From Octopus sinensis (lineage: Eukaryota): a stretch of 64,000 nt of DNA. The stretch spans positions 106,516,001 to 106,580,000 of the forward strand of contig NC_043001.1 of assembly GCF_006345805.1 (NCBI RefSeq). Reading direction: 5' to 3'. Positions 25,972 to 39,653 of this stretch are shown here, piece by piece; position 1 is the stretch's first letter; every line of letters starts with the position of its first letter. The notes below the pieces were generated by a model, which did not search any database, was not told where the DNA came from, and saw only the letters and a list, made by a program, of their open reading frames with translations. The translations under genes were made by a program, and so were the position numbers.

Positions 25972-27853
25972 TTCCTTTGTCTTGTACACCAATAAAACTT
26001 GTTAATTCACTGTAAAATATTCATCACTTGAATCAATCAATGAAAATTAGAAAGTAGGAGATGCTTTACTGTACATACACTGACAACATCTCAGACGACG
26101 AAATCGAGACGCTTCTATATTGACTGTCGATATCTTCAAGATGTTCATTATGAAACTTCCAAGAATATTCTCTCCTAATTGGTAAAACTTCTCTTCAAAG
26201 GAAAAATTTAACTTGCATCCTAGTCTTAAGTTATTTCTGAAGTCTAGCTTCTCGCTTTCTGTAATCTTTATGCAACTATTTAACTTTTATGTCGACGCTG
26301 TGTCAACGACTAAACCAAATAATTGGAGTTAAATGCCAGTCTGTACAAAATAAAGCAATGAATATATATGAAATAGTTTCACGCTATTTCATTAGTTATG
26401 CTATTATATTTCATGTTTTGTTTGCTGTAGAAGGATTTATTGAATATTAAATGTTCACTTAAGGGACAAAATTGAATTTTTTTCATTTTCATAATGATGA
26501 AAATTACGTTAAAACTCGAGGGAACATTGAAATAATTCTTGATCATTATATATCTGAAACGATTCGAAATTTTAAATTATCAGGAGGATAATTAAATTAT
26601 CAGGAGGATATTTATCCCTGCTTAAACGTGGATGTTCTATTAGAACAAACAATGCAGCGATATTGGGGCAAAATGAGAGCAACTCTCATATTGACTCTTG
26701 GTGCAAACTGCAGTCTTCTTTATATCGCTTCGATGGTCTCGCCGCTGAAGATGGCGGGGATTTATCGCCCCGCTTTTCACCAAAAGCCAACATAATAGTT
26801 TCTCTCTTGTTAACTATCGCAGTACAGTTTGTTCTAACAAAACAATGACGACAAATATTACCTCTCAGTATTATAACTGCCTCTGTCGCTAATATATATT
26901 TTCTAAATTTTCAGTTTTAGTCATTTTTAGGCATTTCTTACAAAACACCGAATAGATAGTGAAGTTCGACTATACTTTTCTTTTGATTATATATTTCTAA
27001 ATTACTGAATCTTTACGTAAATACTGTTCGTAGATGTAACGAAAATACTATGAAAGTATGGCGGTTAAACAACTATGATGAATTGAAAAAGTAAAAGCGC
27101 AATATTTTATTCATATTAGTGCAGCGTCCCAAGTATTCTTAAGAAAGACATTAGCGCCACTGCCATGTAGTTCTTTTGAACTCCAAATTTTTAATTTTTA
27201 AATCCTAATTTCGTTCCTTTTAAGCAAACAATTGTGTACAGTGAATCAGTTAATGCCGAAGAAGTGTAATGTTTTAGTTATTTTCAAATTAAATCAATAA
27301 TTTGTATACTTGAAGCTGCTAAATATCTAATTAATTATCCTCCAGCTGCAATGGATTCAAATCTCACCAATGTCGGTTTCTTTCTATGTCTCGGGTATCG
27401 ATAAAAATCAGTAAACCGCATTTAGTGTTGTCCCTATGTTTTAAATTCAGATCCCAAGATGGATCCCCATTTCCTTTTCCCCCAATTGATAATAGAAGTA
27501 TCAGTAATAGACGGAAAGGGCCAAGTTGTTCGACTTTTCTTTTGCATCAATGTGATTTTGTTAATCACTTTGTTTGGAGGGAAAGCAGCGTCCATGACTG
27601 AGAGGAGGAATCTAGCCCAAAAGCTTGTTACTCTGTAGACTCCGCTCAGAGACCCAAGGTGTCAAATGGGTTGTATTAAACTGGTGGGCCATAACGGGAT
27701 CTTAACTGAGAAGGCAAAGAGCCGGAAGAAATATAGTCAGGCATGTGGTCCGACGTTCTTACATTCTTTTTAACCGCGAAATGTTAAATGTCAAAGTGGA
27801 ACTCAATGAGATTTGAATTCAGAGAACAGAAAACTGAGCTAACATTTGTTGTT

Positions 27854-27899
27854 AACACCATGTTTCGACTGATATACCTTCCAGCCTTCATCAGGTTTC
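27854..27899 (-). ncRNA. Decayed hammerhead ribozyme (homolog of 9204-9249)
   Basis: CUGAUGA-A-GGCUG..CAGUC-GAAAC intact, but ACGUU has become ACAUG (G at the cleavage position), so probably inactive. Confidence 0.65.
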
Positions 27900-28059
27900 T
27901 TGGGAAAATTTCGAACTTGGGTTCTCATTCCCAAGGTATTTTTCGATGTTATTATTATTATTATTCAGAGTACTGGCTGGAATCGAACTCGGAATCTTGG
28001 GGTTAGTAGCCCGCGCTTTTAACCACTACGCCATATGCCCGTGGAGCGAATTTTAGGGC

Positions 28060-28610
28060 TTATAAATCTAATATTTTCCTATCCTTCCTTAATACTGGTT
28101 CCCATATGCTATTCATATCTGCACTCGGTCTGCTTACGAGGATTTTGTGTCCTAGCATATGTGCTGCTTCTTTTAGTTTTCTTATTTTCCAGTGGTGTTC
28201 TCTCTCTATTATTTTAACTTCCCCCCACAGGGGGAGGTTGTCTCCATTTTTCCATACATGATCAGCTATACCCGATTTATCAATATCTCCTTATTTTGAG
28301 GGAGCGGCATGTTTCGCCTTCGTATAACCTACCATAGCTGCATGGGATGGAGTACAGGCAGTTTTTGGTCATATTCTCTTCTATTGGTGGTTTTACTCGA
28401 AGGAGATATTTGCGAAGAGTTGTATTACTCTTGAATACTGTCCTGATGTCATATGGGCCGCATATCTTTTGTATCTCTTCGGAGAGGCCTTTCACATAGG
28501 GTAGACAGACTGTGGATAGCTTATCGGTTCCATCCTCTCTTTTCTTCATAATTGGAGTGGATAGTATGTTTTGGGGGTAGCTGTTGCTTAATAGATTATT
28601 ACTGAGATTG
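28060..28610 (-). pseudogene. PLE C-terminus / GIY-YIG endonuclease remnant
   Basis: LLSNSYPQNI...LPYVKGLSEEIQKIC...TVFKS..TLRKYL.RVK...KNCLYSIPCS.G..YEGETCR.LKIR [deletion/frameshift] KSGIADHVW......W..VKII..E..WK.RKLKEA...SIWEPVL; TAA at 28062-28060. Confidence 0.85.
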
Positions 28611-29384
28611 TAAATAATTCCTCATCTCTTAAATATAGAACTGTATTAACATCCTGTAGCTCCTTATTTTATAAATAACAAACTATTCCTAATCTTATAT
28701 AATATATATTTATCAAGAAATAAAATCAAGACATTTCCATATTTCATTGGCTTTAAAATTAAACCACAAGAATCGTTTAGCAGATTTGTTTTGACTTCTG
28801 TAATTATTTGTACAATCTCCGTTATTTCGTATATTCCCCATGATGCAGTTTTGTGTGAAGAAACATTATAATTACGCTTAAAAATTTAGTAGATCATTTA
28901 TATCAATTACATACGCTGCCTACCCAGCAACAGGCCCTCTGAATAACGATGCTTGGCCGTTAACTCTGATTAGGCGGTTTCTTGTGAAACAAAACAAGAA
29001 ATTTTACAGAAAGAAAGAATAATAGGAATTTCTTATGAAAACAGATTTTGTTACGAAATGTTTTGTTTTCCTTTTTAATTTAATAAAATATCTGACGACT
29101 TCGGAAATTGTGAAACAGTAGGATAATGGTATATATTGAGAAAACAAAGACAACATTAAAACAAACTGAAGTAAAATGTTTACTTTTATAGATGAAGGTA
29201 GGAAAATTATAAAGTTGCTTCGTCGGAGCGACACTAGGAGGTAATAGACATTGAATGCCATTGAGATTTGTTCGCTAATCAACACTTTAGATCTTTTGCC
29301 AGAACCTCGACAGATGCTATTTATGACTGACGTTAAATGCCGTAAATGAGAATTTCTTTGTTGTAGCTGCTGCTTAATTCCAAG

Positions 29385-29626
29385 TCCGATACAAGGCGTC
29401 GCGTTGTATCCTTGAGCAAGACACTTTATTTCACGTTGCTCCAGTCCAGTCATCTGACGAAAATGAATAGTACCAGTATTTCAAAGGACCACCGTTGTCA
29501 CATTCTGCGTTAAGGGTACACGTGTCTGCGCATTGCTCAGCCACATGCACGTTAATTTCACGAGCTGGATGTTCGGTTAATCATATCAACTGGAACCCTC
29601 ATCGTCGTAACCGACGGAGTGCCACT
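29385..29626 (+). mobile_element. Headless family-A SINE
   Basis: CCTTGAGCAAGACACTTTATTTCACGTTGCTCCAG...GTAACCGACGGAGTGCCAC. Confidence 0.8.
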
Positions 29627-30267
29627 TTTTTTCTTTATCACCTAACTCCAAGTCCGCTTCAATCAAGCACCTCTATAGCCAAATTTTCTAGTTTTTAGAA
29701 TTCCGTCATTTTTAGGCATAATTTATCTAAGATTACACGAATAATGTCCATTACTTATCTCTATCACCTTTTATCCCCCCTAACGCATACCAATGCACAC
29801 ACACATATTGCTACCTAGTCACATATACACGACACGGTTATATCACACACTGTTGTACCAGCAGACATACTTACCCATGCTCTCTGATTCATACCCCAAA
29901 TATGTTCCGGTTTATTATTCTACCCAGGGTAAATCACAGCACTTCTTTACTTAGCTTCCAAGCGCCTACCTAATCAATGCCTTCATCTATTACTACTGCA
30001 TAACAGCACAGATATTTTTCTTATTTTTATCGTAACTATATATTCTCTCTCTCGCGCGCGCGCGCGAGATATATGTATATATATGTAATGCCAAAGAGGT
30101 TAATCTTGAAACTTCAATGATTTTTGTTTTCCTTTCCGTCACAACAAATACAATTAAATAACATTTTATGACATTTATTTTCATTCCTTTACACTGTACA
30201 AGACTTGCTTCACTTTGTAACACGGTTGGGTGTCATTTGAAAAAGATTTCACTGTTATATTTCCCTG

Positions 30268-30283
30268 CAGCAGCAGTAGCAGC

Positions 30284-30329
<46 letters not shown>

Positions 30330-30330
30330 T
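30268..30330. repeat. (GTA)n microsatellite
   Basis: Direct reading. Confidence 0.9.
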
Positions 30331-31679
30331 TGATGATGGTGTTATATCCACCCAGATCGTATGGGCCCGTGGTCAAAAACTTTCGGGTCATGATAATCGT
30401 CCACTTCTTTAAACCATATACCAAAGACTTTATTATCCTAAACCCTTCTTATGGCAAAAAGTTCGAATACAGTTTCATGGAAACTTGCTGGAATGTAGAG
30501 TAACAAGATAGACACATCCTCGCTCGTTCATTGAAGTCCATTATTTTCACATCTTGTACTTTGGTAGAACTTTGGAATTTGGTTTGCGAGAACTCAAATC
30601 TTAAAATAGAGTATGTAAGATAGCACAGTATCAGTGCTCAAATTCGATATTTCTATGACCGAAGATTAAGAAATAAATGTCTACTACACAGGATATTGGA
30701 CTATTGCAGATAGCTTCAGACACGACTTACTGCGGAAATATAACGGCATGTTGTGATATTCCTTATTTGAAAATAAAAGAACTGAACGGTTCAACCCGAA
30801 ATTCTTTATATAAAGAACTACCAACAATGGGAATAGGTATTATATATTACCGAGCACCGATTTATTTTCCTGGGTCCTTATCACTTAACTATAAGTAACA
30901 TCATAATATTACTTAGTAAGGTCACAAAATGTTTATAATTAACCGAAGCAGTTTTTTTAAAGTAATACTACAAGACACAAGTTTGGCATTTATATTTATT
31001 TGTTTGAATTCTTTTTATTGTGACGAACTATAACTATAGGCGATGCAAGAATGCCTGACTCAAAATATCGAATAGGATTTGTATGCTACATAAGCTGTAG
31101 TTGATTACGTCAATTGATCCATTGATATAAAACCAAATAAGGCTGAGGATTTGTAATCTGTAAGAGAGAAAGAAAGGTATTTGTGAAATTGAAATGTGAA
31201 TTTATGATGTTTTTATCTTTCTCCAAATCCCTGTTTTTAACGGAAAATCAGAGCTTAGTTGCAGACAAACAGTTGATAAAGTTTTCATACCTTCAAGAAT
31301 GTAAATGCAAACGCAACAGCAGGTAACATATTGTTTCTTATTTCTATTTACTGTTGGCAGTATTGATATTCTCAAGATTTAATTCAGTCGTGTTGCTTTG
31401 CTGAGTTTAAAGCCTACAGTGACCATAAACCACGCAGGAGATATGGCGACAGAAAAAGAAAGAGTTCATTAAATCTTGTTTAGATTTACGTAATTTCTAA
31501 TATCAATCTCAAGGAGCTTGACTACAAAATAAGTATTAAACGTAACTTGAGAAAGTCACTACAGCGCATTTGAACCACGTTCAACCTCACCTGAATTGTA
31601 ATGGATATCACACAAAAACAGACAGTCTCTACTCTTGAAATGGATTCTTTTTTATGGATAACAGTGTTTGACGAGGCAA

Positions 31680-31991
31680 TGAAATAATAATGGCACAAGG
31701 CCAGCAATAATGCCTGGCTCATAGGACCGGTTTCCTGGTTTCCTTGGCGTATAGGTTCCCCACCTAGACAGAACGCCGGTCCGTCGCAGGCGAGCTGCAA
31801 GATGCAGGAGGAAAGAGTAAGAGGAAGTTGTGGCGAAAGAGTCAGCAGAAGTTCACCATTACCTTCTGCCGGAGCCGCGTTGAGCTTAGGTGTTTCGCTC
31901 ATAAACACACACATCGCCCGGTCTGAGATTCGAACCCGCGATCCCGCGACCGCGAGTCCGCTGCTCTAACTACTAGGCCATGTGTCTCCAC
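31680..31991 (-). mobile_element. tRNA-derived SINE (same head type as 49k/61.6k, alternative tail)
   Basis: Head GTGGAGACACATGGCCTAGTAGTTAGAGCAGCGGACTCGCGG...GGTTCGAATCTC; tail similar to 52100-52190. Confidence 0.8.
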
Positions 31992-34309
31992 AGTAATGGG
32001 AAAGAGTTAAGTCGATTCCATTGGCTGCAGTGATCAACTGGAATTTATTCTATTGACCTCGAAATGATGAAAGGTTAAGTCAACTGTGTGAGAGTTTGAG
32101 CTCAGAACGTAAAGACGGACGTAAAGCTTCTTAGCATTTGGCCCAGTGTGCCAAGGGTTCTGATAGCTCGCCGTCTTCTCGAGGTAATAAATTAATAATA
32201 TTATCGATACTGTGTATTTAAATGAGTCAAAGTTGGACAACGTCTCTACTTTTACATCTCCGTCAACACACACATGACTTGCAAACATGTCCACAACAGC
32301 AGAGTTAAGCTAATCGCCTGCACGTATGCTTTTCGACATAATGAACTTAACGAACGATAAGAACCGAGGCTCCATGTTATATAGAAAGTGCTATCTTTAA
32401 TGTTTAATGACGCTCTTCGTTAAGTAATATCCTCCACATATTTCCAAAATTTATACACAACATACAGATAATAACTTTATTACTGCCTTAATTTAGCTAT
32501 TTATTTATGTATCCAAGAAACAATAAGAGATTATATAATAAAGTGCCTATCTACAATTTCAGAGGAATTATTGTTAAAATAGGGAGGTTGTCTTCGTTTC
32601 GTGTCTCAGTCAGTTTATTTCATAATTAGCTGAAGATACTATAATTCTAAATTTTACTTGTAGCAAACAGTCATGGTTAGGATGTAATATCATGGTTTCG
32701 ATTACTCAGTCGGCTGCTACATTGTGTTCTTGAACAAGTCATTTTATTTCGCCTTGCTTTAGTCCACTCATCCGGCAAAAAAAAGTGATTCCTGAGTACC
32801 GTCAAGACGGGATGGATGTGTTCGCCACAGAAACCGACAACCGAACCTAGGAATTTACAGGACTTAAGAAGGAGCCTTATCCTTTTTATCCAAACAGTGG
32901 TGGAACTAATGCAATTTTAAAGACAGATCCAAAAGGGAAAAAGAAAGCCAAGTAAAATACACGTTAGGGGAGATGTCCATGTTAGATAAGTTCATGACTT
33001 GGTCGGAAGACTAGAACAATCTGGTGGTTTGTGCGTTGTCAAAGGCATTATTATCTCCCGAGCTAAGACACTTCACTTTTAATTGTCGAGTTTATTTTGC
33101 TCTAATAATTAGGTGAACATTTATTCATTGTTGACAGTAGGACTTCTGTAATTTAAAGAGAGAAGAGGGTCTTTTCTGTTGCTGAGCACAGTTTGTCTGG
33201 TGGTGAAACAAACGGTGGAACAGCGTCCTCATTGGGGAAGATACCTTTCTCTTTTGCGAAGCGTTTTAGAAACTGGTGTTTCATCGCAGTCCTATGGATC
33301 TTTATGAACTGGAAAAGCTTGGCCATTAACTAGATTTCGCGTTTGCTGTACAAAGAAGAATACTACTTCTACTACAACTTCTGATCCTGCTGCTGCTACT
33401 ACTGCTACTTCTACTACTACAAGTCTACGCACATAACTACTTAAATACTACAAGTGCAAAAATCACAATAAATATTTCAAGTCTATCCCGCATCAAAGAC
33501 CTGTCGATTAATAATCCATTAAACCTTTTACAAACTAGCAAATACTGTGGTGTGGTGTGCATAAATGAATAATAAAAGACTTCTAAAAGAATTAATAGTG
33601 ATTTTTGTTTATTTTATATCGAACAAAACCTACTGAAATTAATAATAATATTGATTTCCTTCTGCTGAAGACAACGGAAATATTCTAATATAGATATACA
33701 CAATGGTTTGAAACAACCAGAATATATTACGGCAAAAAAGTTCTTGAGAGCATGAAAGGCAAATTTGCTTAGATATGATTTGATCTCAGAACGAATAGCG
33801 ATCACATTAAATATTGGTAATGGTCTAGCTCAGTTATTACTGTTTTTAAAGACTAAAGACCGCTACCATAAGACACGCTCTGCACACAAAGCACACAGTA
33901 AGGTCTGTGTTAACCTACTTATTATACTGTGACAAGGCATTTTGATTTCCATACATTCCGGAATATAAACCGAAATGGTGTATAGTGTTAACTTTCAAAA
34001 CATCGTCACTGTCTTTCCAAGTTCTGCTGCATTTCACATGGAATTCTTGGTCTTCCAGATTCGTCATGGCCTATAAGTTGATGTACCCTTTATGGCTGTC
34101 AATTTTGGTCTAAAAAAATTATTCTGTATGCCGGAAGATACTCTAATTAAATTATGTCGTGACAAAATAAAAGCATTAGATTAGTTATCAATTTTTGTTA
34201 ATAAAGGTGATGGAAACAACTTATTACATAAAAGGTGAGCTTACTAATAATTCTGCTTGTCATTTTGTTACTTAGCCCGTCGGTAACGCTTTCACGTGAT
34301 TAGAGAAAA

Positions 34310-35626
34310 AGAGGGAGAAAGGAAAGAGGGAGAGAGAGAATAAGAGAGAGAAAGGAAAAGAGGGAGAGTTAAAAGACGGAGAGAGAAGTATCCATGGCAT
34401 GTAGTAGGGGGAATGTAATATTTATTACGGGGTTTAAAAAGTTAGTTGAAGGTAGTGATATAGAGGAGAGTAAGGAATATAATTTTAGCAGAGGGGTGAT
34501 GTTCTGATAGTGTGACTAAAGAAAGGCACATAGAGGGGGGAGATGATGGTGGTGATGGTGAGTGAAGAGTGAAAAATAATTTTTTACATTGAACTAAGTT
34601 TTTTACATCACCTTTCACTTAACGCATGCGCATCTCAGATTTGCCATTCACTTAAAAAAAAAAGTTTTCCGTTCGCCTGTCATATACAATGACTATGAAT
34701 AAATCAGAAGGGCAGACATTTGATAAAGTGGGGCTGTTCTTGCCTGAACCCGTACTCGTCATGGCATTCTCAAAGGCTCGCAGATTATCTGATGTGAGAG
34801 TTAAAGTTATCAACACTGACAAAAAAGGGAAAAGAAGCGGGAGAACTTACACGAACATAGTCTTCCAGAAAGTGTTGGATTGAAAGGTGTGCACTTATTG
34901 AAATGTGTATTGGCTCTGACCCATCGCCTTGGCTTATAAGTTTCCAACGATGTGGCTTTCAGAGGGAGAAAGGAAAGAGGGAGAGAGAGAATAAGAGAGA
35001 GAAAGGAAAAGAGGGAGAGTTAAAAGACGGAGAGAGAAGTATCCATGGCATGTAGTAGGGGGAATGTAATATTTATTACGGGGTTTAAAAAGTTAGTTGA
35101 AGGTAGTGATATAGAGGAGAGTAAGGAATATAATTTTAGCAGAGGGGTGATGTTCTGATAGCGTGACTAAAGAAAGGCACATAGAGGGGGAGATGATGGT
35201 GGTGATGGTGAGTGAAGAGTGAAAAATAATTTTTTACATTGAACTAAGTTTTTTTACATCACCTTTCACTTAACGCATGCGCATCCCAGATTTGCCATTC
35301 ACTTAAAAAAAAAGTTTTCCATTCGCCTGTCATATACAATGACTATGAATAAATCACAAGGGCAGACATTTGATAAAGTGGGGCTGTTCTTGCCTGAACC
35401 CGTACTTGTCATGGTCAGCTATATGTTGCATTCTCAAAGGCTCGCAGATTATCTGATGTGAGAGTTAAAGTTATCAACACTGACAAAAAAGGGAAAAGAA
35501 GCGGGAGAACTTACACGAACATAGTCTTCCAGAAAGTATTGGATTGAAAGGTGTGCGCTTATTGAAATGTGTATTGGCTCTGACCCATCGCCTTGGCTTA
35601 TAAGTTACCAACGATGTGGCTTTCAG
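34310..35626 (+). mobile_element. Tandemly duplicated (651-bp period) Helitron-derived segment with PIF1-like helicase C-terminus
   Basis: FPVRLSYTMTMNKS(E/Q)GQTFDKVGLFLPEPV..HGQLYVAFSKARRLSDVRVKV...NIVFQKVL in both copies; copy 1 lacks ~14 nt in HGQLYVA, copy 2 is frameshifted. Confidence 0.8.
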
Positions 35627-35784
35627 ATTATGCTATGTTGCATGAAATTTTTACCTCTGTGATATTGTGATCACCTATATTTTACATATAAAATAATTTT
35701 TTTTATTATAAAATTTTTGTTTTCTAGATCTGAATTTGTGACCATGTAAATTTTAATATGTAATTGTTTCTCTTTATGGGGAAA

Positions 35785-36238
35785 ATGGAAAAATAAGAGC
35801 ATCCGGCATGGATGCAGTCTAATGACTGAAACAAGTAAACTATAAAAAAATATCTGAAAAAAGACGTGATGGTCACGGCTGAAATGTCATTTTATTACAG
35901 GCTTATTCGACGCGATTCGACTGCGTTTATGCAATAACTAAACACGCTGGAAGTCACATGCTGATGATAGCGCCATCTACTTGTGAAAGCGACATTTGGA
36001 TTAATGGAAAAATAAGAGTGAATATAAATTTTATGGTTGCTCCAGCATGGACGCAGTCTAATGACTGAAACAAGTAAACTATAAAAAGATATCTGAAAAA
36101 AGACGTGATGGTCACGGCTGAAATGTCATTATATCACAGGCTTATTCGACGCTAATCGACTGCGTTTATGCAATAACTAAATCTGAAAGTCATATGCAGA
36201 TGATAGCGCCATCTACTTGTGAAAGCGACATTTGGATA
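35785..36238. repeat. Diverged tandem duplication, ~236-bp period
   Basis: ...GATGATAGCGCCATCTACTTGTGAAAGCGACATTTGGA ends at 36000 and 36236. Confidence 0.85.
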
Positions 36239-36634
36239 TTCCAGTTGACGATGGCGACCATGTTGCACTGATTTAATCGTAGGTTCCTATTTAATTAACT
36301 TTAATAAATCATGATGAAAGTATTCAATTGGGTAAAGAGATTTCTGAAATAATTAAATAGGTCTGTAGGATTAAGAGATAATAGTCTGTGTGATAATAGA
36401 CGTTGATAGTAAGACTTACTGACTGGCCAGTTGTTGAGGAGGGAAATACAGTTACTGATACGATTCAAAGTAAACAAACCAATTCTGCAGCAACTCTAAG
36501 TACTACTTCCGTGTGACAGGCAGAGCAAGTAAATCTTTCTCAAATTACACCCTACCGGTACGGGCTGAACACAATCGATGATGGAGTAGAAGATAAGGTC
36601 AGCTTATGTCACAACTTGAACATCTTTGATCAAG

Positions 36635-37040
36635 ATTGGTTGTGGTAAGAAACTTATTTAGAAACTACGCGGTTCCGATTTCAGTCCGACTGCGTGGCAC
36701 CTTGGGCAAGTGTCTTCTACTATAGTCTTGTATCGAGAAAAGCCTTGTGAGTGGATTTCGTAGACGAGAACTGAAAGAAGCCCGTTGTATTTATATATAT
36801 ATATGTATGTCTGTGTGCGTGTGCGTGTGTATGTGTATCTGTGTTTCTTCGTCACCACTGCTTCACCGCCGGTGTTGGTTTGGTAACATCCACATACCTT
36901 AGCGTTTGGATGAAAAAGACCGATAGAACAAGTACCCTGCTTTAAAAAGTACTGGGGTTGATTAGTTCGATAAAAACCTCTTCAAGGCTGTGCCCCAGCA
37001 TGGCCGCAGTTTAATGACTGAAACAATTAAAATATAAGAG
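36635..37040 (+). mobile_element. Degenerate full-length family-B SINE
   Basis: Head, GGCACCTTGGGCAAGTGTCTTCTACTATAG core, microsatellite, CAGCATGGCCGCAG tail. Confidence 0.8.
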
Positions 37041-37726
37041 ATCAACGATAAATATATATTCCTTGGGTCCAAGAGAGGACGTCTGAGAAGAAACGATTTG
37101 AGACAGATTATCTCTGTATGCTGCAAGACCCCATTAAAAATCAGCGAGAAAATATAGCGACCAGCCATGGCGAGCTTGTTGCCTTGAACACTTTTACTAA
37201 AGAGATAGGAAAGGACATTTATACAAAGATGGTGTTATTTCTTTTCTTTTCTTTTTATTTTTTTTTCTTGAACCAGCGCGTTCATAGTCAAAACTGAACA
37301 GCTAATCAATGCAACCATCTAATTCATGTTTTACGTATCAAGACTACAATTTATTGCGGTGATATTCCCGTGCTGTGTGATGTAGATTTAATTTCAAATA
37401 TATAAATCATAAAATGTTTTATCTCGAATACAACCAACAACTGAGGCGCTCGTATATAACTTGAAATAGCAGCTGCCAGCAGAGAAGTTCAACACGCCTT
37501 TTATCTAATCTCCTTCAAATTTTTTCAGCAAAAATATAATTCTCTCGTAAATACTTAAAATGCTGTAACGCGTTTTACTGATAAAAATTTTATTACTAAA
37601 TGAAGAAATGATATATCTTATAAGTTGATCAAACTATTTGCAAGTTTCGTTTTATACAAGTCATTTAATTTCCATTTATGACACAATGTCTCTCCTTTAG
37701 AGAAACATTAGATTCTATATCCACTT

Positions 37727-37803
<77 letters not shown>

Positions 37804-39613
37804 ATCTGTATATATATATATATTACGTATATGTGTGTGAGTATATATTTATATATGTATATATTTATGTGTGTATATATATATATACATATATATGTAG
37901 GTGTATATGTAGGTGTATGTGTAAGTATTTTACTAGCTAGCTTTCAGTCAATCGATCTTTATGTACCATTAATTTGAATGATGTAGCATGTTTAATTTAG
38001 ATCAATAGCTAACTGCAATTAGTAGTGTTTCAAAGAATTGCCAGCGCTTTCTCAGTCTGTGTCAGCTGGCAAATATGATAAAAGATTCATTTAAGTTGCT
38101 TATTGGACACATTTAAGGTTGCTCTTTGATTAATGGGAATCTGAAGCGTTTCATTAACTAATAGATAATGATGCTTACAGACCTCGGACAAAGCTATTTC
38201 CTATTGCTTTTGCTCGCCAAATGTTAATAACATTCAGAAGTCTTTAAATTATTTACGGCACACATAATGATGACAAGAACCAAAATCTGATTATATTATT
38301 AAATATCTATAACGAACAACAAAGACTAATTATATTTCTATGAATGAATTCACTAACATTTTTCATTAAAAGGATGCAGGGTAGTGTCTTGTTAAGATGC
38401 TAATCACGACTGGCTTATAGTCTTCTCTCACCAGAATTTTTTCTATAGTAAAATACGTTTTAGGTTGGTGCTAATTTAACATTTGAAAATTTAACATTTT
38501 GCCGCACGCTTTCTTCACAAGACGTAAGTGCTTTACTTCAGTGGCTCGACATCGAGTAGCACATATCATTACTGAAGGATTTGGCGAATATTGATTTTAT
38601 TATTTGGCAATCAAGGGCGATGGCTGGAATTGTTGAATGGAATGGATGAGGTTATTCATTTACGCCCTTTTATATCCTGTTTTCAAATCTTCCCGAAATT
38701 ATCTTTGCCTTTCATCCTTCTCCTGATGAGAAAATGAATAATAGCTAAGTACTGCGGCTTTATTTAATCGACCATAACATTTCCAACCCGTTTTTTTTTT
38801 TTCTTTTTCGTGACTCGTCCTGTTATTAGAAATTCTTGTATTGAATATAAGGATTTACTTGATTAAATGCGAGGAAGTCTTTTGCAGGATGGAATATATT
38901 TGCGTAAGTGGGCTCCACTTACGTTTGCCGAATTGATTTTATCGACCTCGATTGTATGAAAGAAAATATATCGTCCAGAAGATGACATTAAACTTAGAAT
39001 GCATGGAAGAGGAGACTGTGATATATCGAGTTCCCTTCCTTGCCTCTGGTATTGATCTAAATCGGTAATTGAATCAATATTAGAAAACGCTACTGGACAA
39101 AACCAAATGAATTAAGAAAAGTAAATTTTAAGAATTTCCATATAGAAATTCATGGATATACCTGAAGTGTTACTCCCTAACCGACTTTTGAGGAACTGAA
39201 GGTGAGCACCATTGAACATTTGAGAAGACCAGTTCCACCACAACACGGGTTTATTTTTTTCGATTCTTTCTTGAGAGTTGTTGGTTAACATCATTCGTCC
39301 TCGATCCAGCAGACTTAAGATCAAAGACGTTTCAGACGTGACTATCCTGTGTTTCTTTTTTTAATTCATATCAATATCAAAGCCTAAAGGTTTCTTTCCG
39401 TTTCTAAGACGACATGGTGTGATTTTAGGAACATTTCTTTGCTTTTCTAGTAAATTGAACGATCGCAGAGAATTAGGCCATGTTTTTACAGCGTTATACC
39501 ACAAATTGGTTTTCCATGTTACATTTCAATTATGGTAGCTTACTAATTGATTCCGTTCATTTCTTGTTATATTGTTATCATACACACACACGTGTGTATA
39601 CATGCATACATAC

Positions 39614-39653
<40 letters not shown>

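Larger units (their letters stand above)
27835..28641 (-). mobile_element. 5'-truncated Penelope-like element (Poseidon-like EN) with tRNA-like + hammerhead 3' region and short inverted arm
   Basis: EN coding remnant 28610-28060, tRNA-like head 28040-27970, decayed HHR 27854-27899; 27-nt terminus at 28615-28641 is the exact reverse complement of 9119-9145. Confidence 0.8.

Noticed and set aside
29088-29125. CTGACGA...GAAACAGTA
   Set aside because: Stems I and II do not pair.
35955-35995. CTGATGA...GAAAG hammerhead-like spacing
   Set aside because: No closing stem II, no NUH triplet, no stem I pairing.
39140-39330. Possible exon (GAAG|GTGAGC on plus; 70-aa minus ORF)
   Set aside because: All three plus frames are closed; the minus peptide has no recognisable homology.
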